From a virus (taxonomy: Duplodnaviria > Caudoviricetes): a stretch of 35,715 bases of DNA. Positions 34,539 to 35,715 of the stretch are shown here, piece by piece (positions within the stretch are counted from its first letter, which is position 1; each line of letters starts with the position of its first letter). The notes beneath the pieces were generated by a model. The model was not told the DNA's origin. It ran no database searches and was given only the letters and a program-made list of their open reading frames with translations. The stretch lies in the IMG/VR virus record IMGVR_UViG_3300030372_001582, positions 1 through 35,715 of that record; one strand, 5' to 3'. A program made the translations under genes and the position numbers.

Positions 34539-34631
34539 CTATTTAGTTCCCTTTTTTTTTAAATAGATTTTTAATTTATTTACATTACCCTTTTTGGGTT
34601 TATATGTCTTTTTTTTATCTAAAGTACCCAC
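34539..34631 (-). CDS. Basic micro-protein (30 aa) MGTLDKKKTYKPKKGNVNKLKIYLKKKGTK
   Basis: GTG start inside the adaptor B 3' end; homologue of 614-715. Confidence 0.7.
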   Translation of the reverse strand: MGTLDKKKTYKPKKGNVNKLKIYLKKKGTK

Positions 34632-35128
34632 CCTTGAAATAAAGCGTCTTTATCAGGGTAAATATCATCATTAGAATTACTATTATATTCTGGAAATAAA
34701 GATTGATTGAAACTCATGTAATCTATAAATCTTTGAGTATAATATTCTGCATATTCCCTTTCTTTTTGAACTAAATAATCTACTTCTTCTTTGCTCACTA
34801 TTTGTGAATTCTCAGATTGATGTTTGAACACACCGCCATTTGATATACTATAACTGGCAAAAGGCAAATACTCTATCATAGCGTAATGAATTAACATAGG
34901 TTGTATGTAATCATTTACTAAGGCTAAATAGTTACCAGTCAATGAAGCACCACCTGTACCCAATATGTCATTACTTATTTTATCATATAAATCAGTACCT
35001 AAAAAGTTCTGTATATGAATCTCTTGAGCAAGTTCTATAAATTGTATAAACTTATCTGTATCAACATTAGCATTTAATGCTGTGTTTTTAACTATATCAC
35101 TTCTTCTTATAAATAGTGCTTTTGCCAT
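34619..35128 (-). CDS. Putative head-tail adaptor, copy B
   Basis: 169-aa homologue of 712-1221. Confidence 0.65.
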   Translation of the reverse strand: MAKALFIRRSDIVKNTALNANVDTDKFIQFIELAQEIHIQNFLGTDLYDKISNDILGTGGASLTGNYLALVNDYIQPMLIHYAMIEYLPFASYSISNGGVFKHQSENSQIVSKEEVDYLVQKEREYAEYYTQRFIDYMSFNQSLFPEYNSNSNDDIYPDKDALFQGWVL

Positions 35129-35715
35129 TATTCTTCTATTTCTTGTTCAACGTCTGGTTGTTCTTCTTGGTCTTTTTTTATACCAGTTTCTTTTTCTACT
35201 TCAGCATCAGTAAGTGCATTTGTCAAATCTGTAAACTCAAGTGGTTGTAATGTTTTAAAGTATATATCTAATTCAATATTATTATATTCTAATATTTTTT
35301 CTAACTCATCAAGTATGGTTACTTGCATAGGTCTTATTACTGTATTATCCATAAGTATTGAAGCTGTTTGTAATTCTTCAGCGTTATTTCCTAATCCAGT
35401 ATTATCTTTTATGCCTACCAACATAGGAGATACAATTCTGTGAGATACCATAACTTTTCTCATAGATTCATCAGATAAAAATTTATACTGCTCATGAGCA
35501 TCAGATAAAATTACTGGTTCAATATTAGCAGCTAATTCTTTACTATCATTAAAGGCAAGAATAAATCTACCTGCATTTGTACTGCCGCTAAATTTTTCTT
35601 TTATCCTCATTTCTATCCTTTCTCTTTGGTCGTCTGGTGGAACACCATTGTTAAAGTTTATTAACATGCTTGGTGCTAAACCATTTTGTATATTATTTAT
35701 ATGATAGTTAGCTAT
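35128..35715 (-). CDS. Portal protein, copy B (partial, 5' end outside window)
   Basis: Frame open to the window edge (IANYHINNIQNGLAPSMLINFNNGVP...); colinear with the C-terminal half of 1193-2428. Confidence 0.88.
   Translation of the reverse strand: MANYHINNIQNGLAPSMLINFNNGVPPDDQRERIEMRIKEKFSGSTNAGRFILAFNDSKELAANIEPVILSDAHEQYKFLSDESMRKVMVSHRIVSPMLVGIKDNTGLGNNAEELQTASILMDNTVIRPMQVTILDELEKILEYNNIELDIYFKTLQPLEFTDLTNALTDAEVEKETGIKKDQEEQPDVEQEIEE

Noticed and set aside
34586-34621. Stop-codon read-through of adaptor B into the TYKPK peptide
   Set aside because: The peptide is in a different frame from the adaptor TAG and has its own GTG.
1-35715. Prophage, alternative genetic code or tRNA genes
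   Set aside because: No integrase, repressor switch or host genes; standard-code ORFs tile the window densely with all three stops used; no cloverleaf recognised in the few gaps.

Overview
AT-rich tailed dsDNA phage (siphovirus-type gene set) with every credible gene on the minus strand. The host is probably Flavobacteriia/Bacteroidota, inferred from TAnnTTTG promoter boxes and A-rich translation starts without Shine-Dalgarno sequences. The window holds what looks like one complete, circularly permuted 33,931-bp genome (bases 1-77 are identical to 33932-34008) plus about 1.7 kb of a second, clearly divergent portal/adaptor/micro-ORF/tail-fibre N-terminus module that converges on the same tail-fibre body. 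In transcription order (right to left): portal B (partial), adaptor B, 1503-aa tail fibre with S74 chaperone, lysis cassette (M15 endolysin, holin, degenerate second M15), ERF/SSB/helicase/RusA, DUF5664-like, sigma-like factor, nucleases, DnaA-C-like HTH, TerS/TerL, a block of small early-type genes bracketed by CCTACTGCGTTTAA repeat arrays, a 400-bp non-coding gap, tail chaperone with a -1 frameshift, tail genes, tape measure, multi-domain prohead protease, scaffold, decoration, major capsid, major tail, portal A, adaptor A and tail fibre A (partial). No integrase, DNA polymerase, tRNA or CRISPR was seen. The most notable signals are (1) two divergent head-joining modules joined to one fibre, (2) a strand-polarised ACTGCGTTTAA motif system converging on about 16.82 kb, (3) a candidate phage-sigma late promoter ACA-N15-GAT, and (4) a catalytically degenerate endolysin paralogue with a probable ATT start. 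All family calls come from motif recognition by eye, not database searches.
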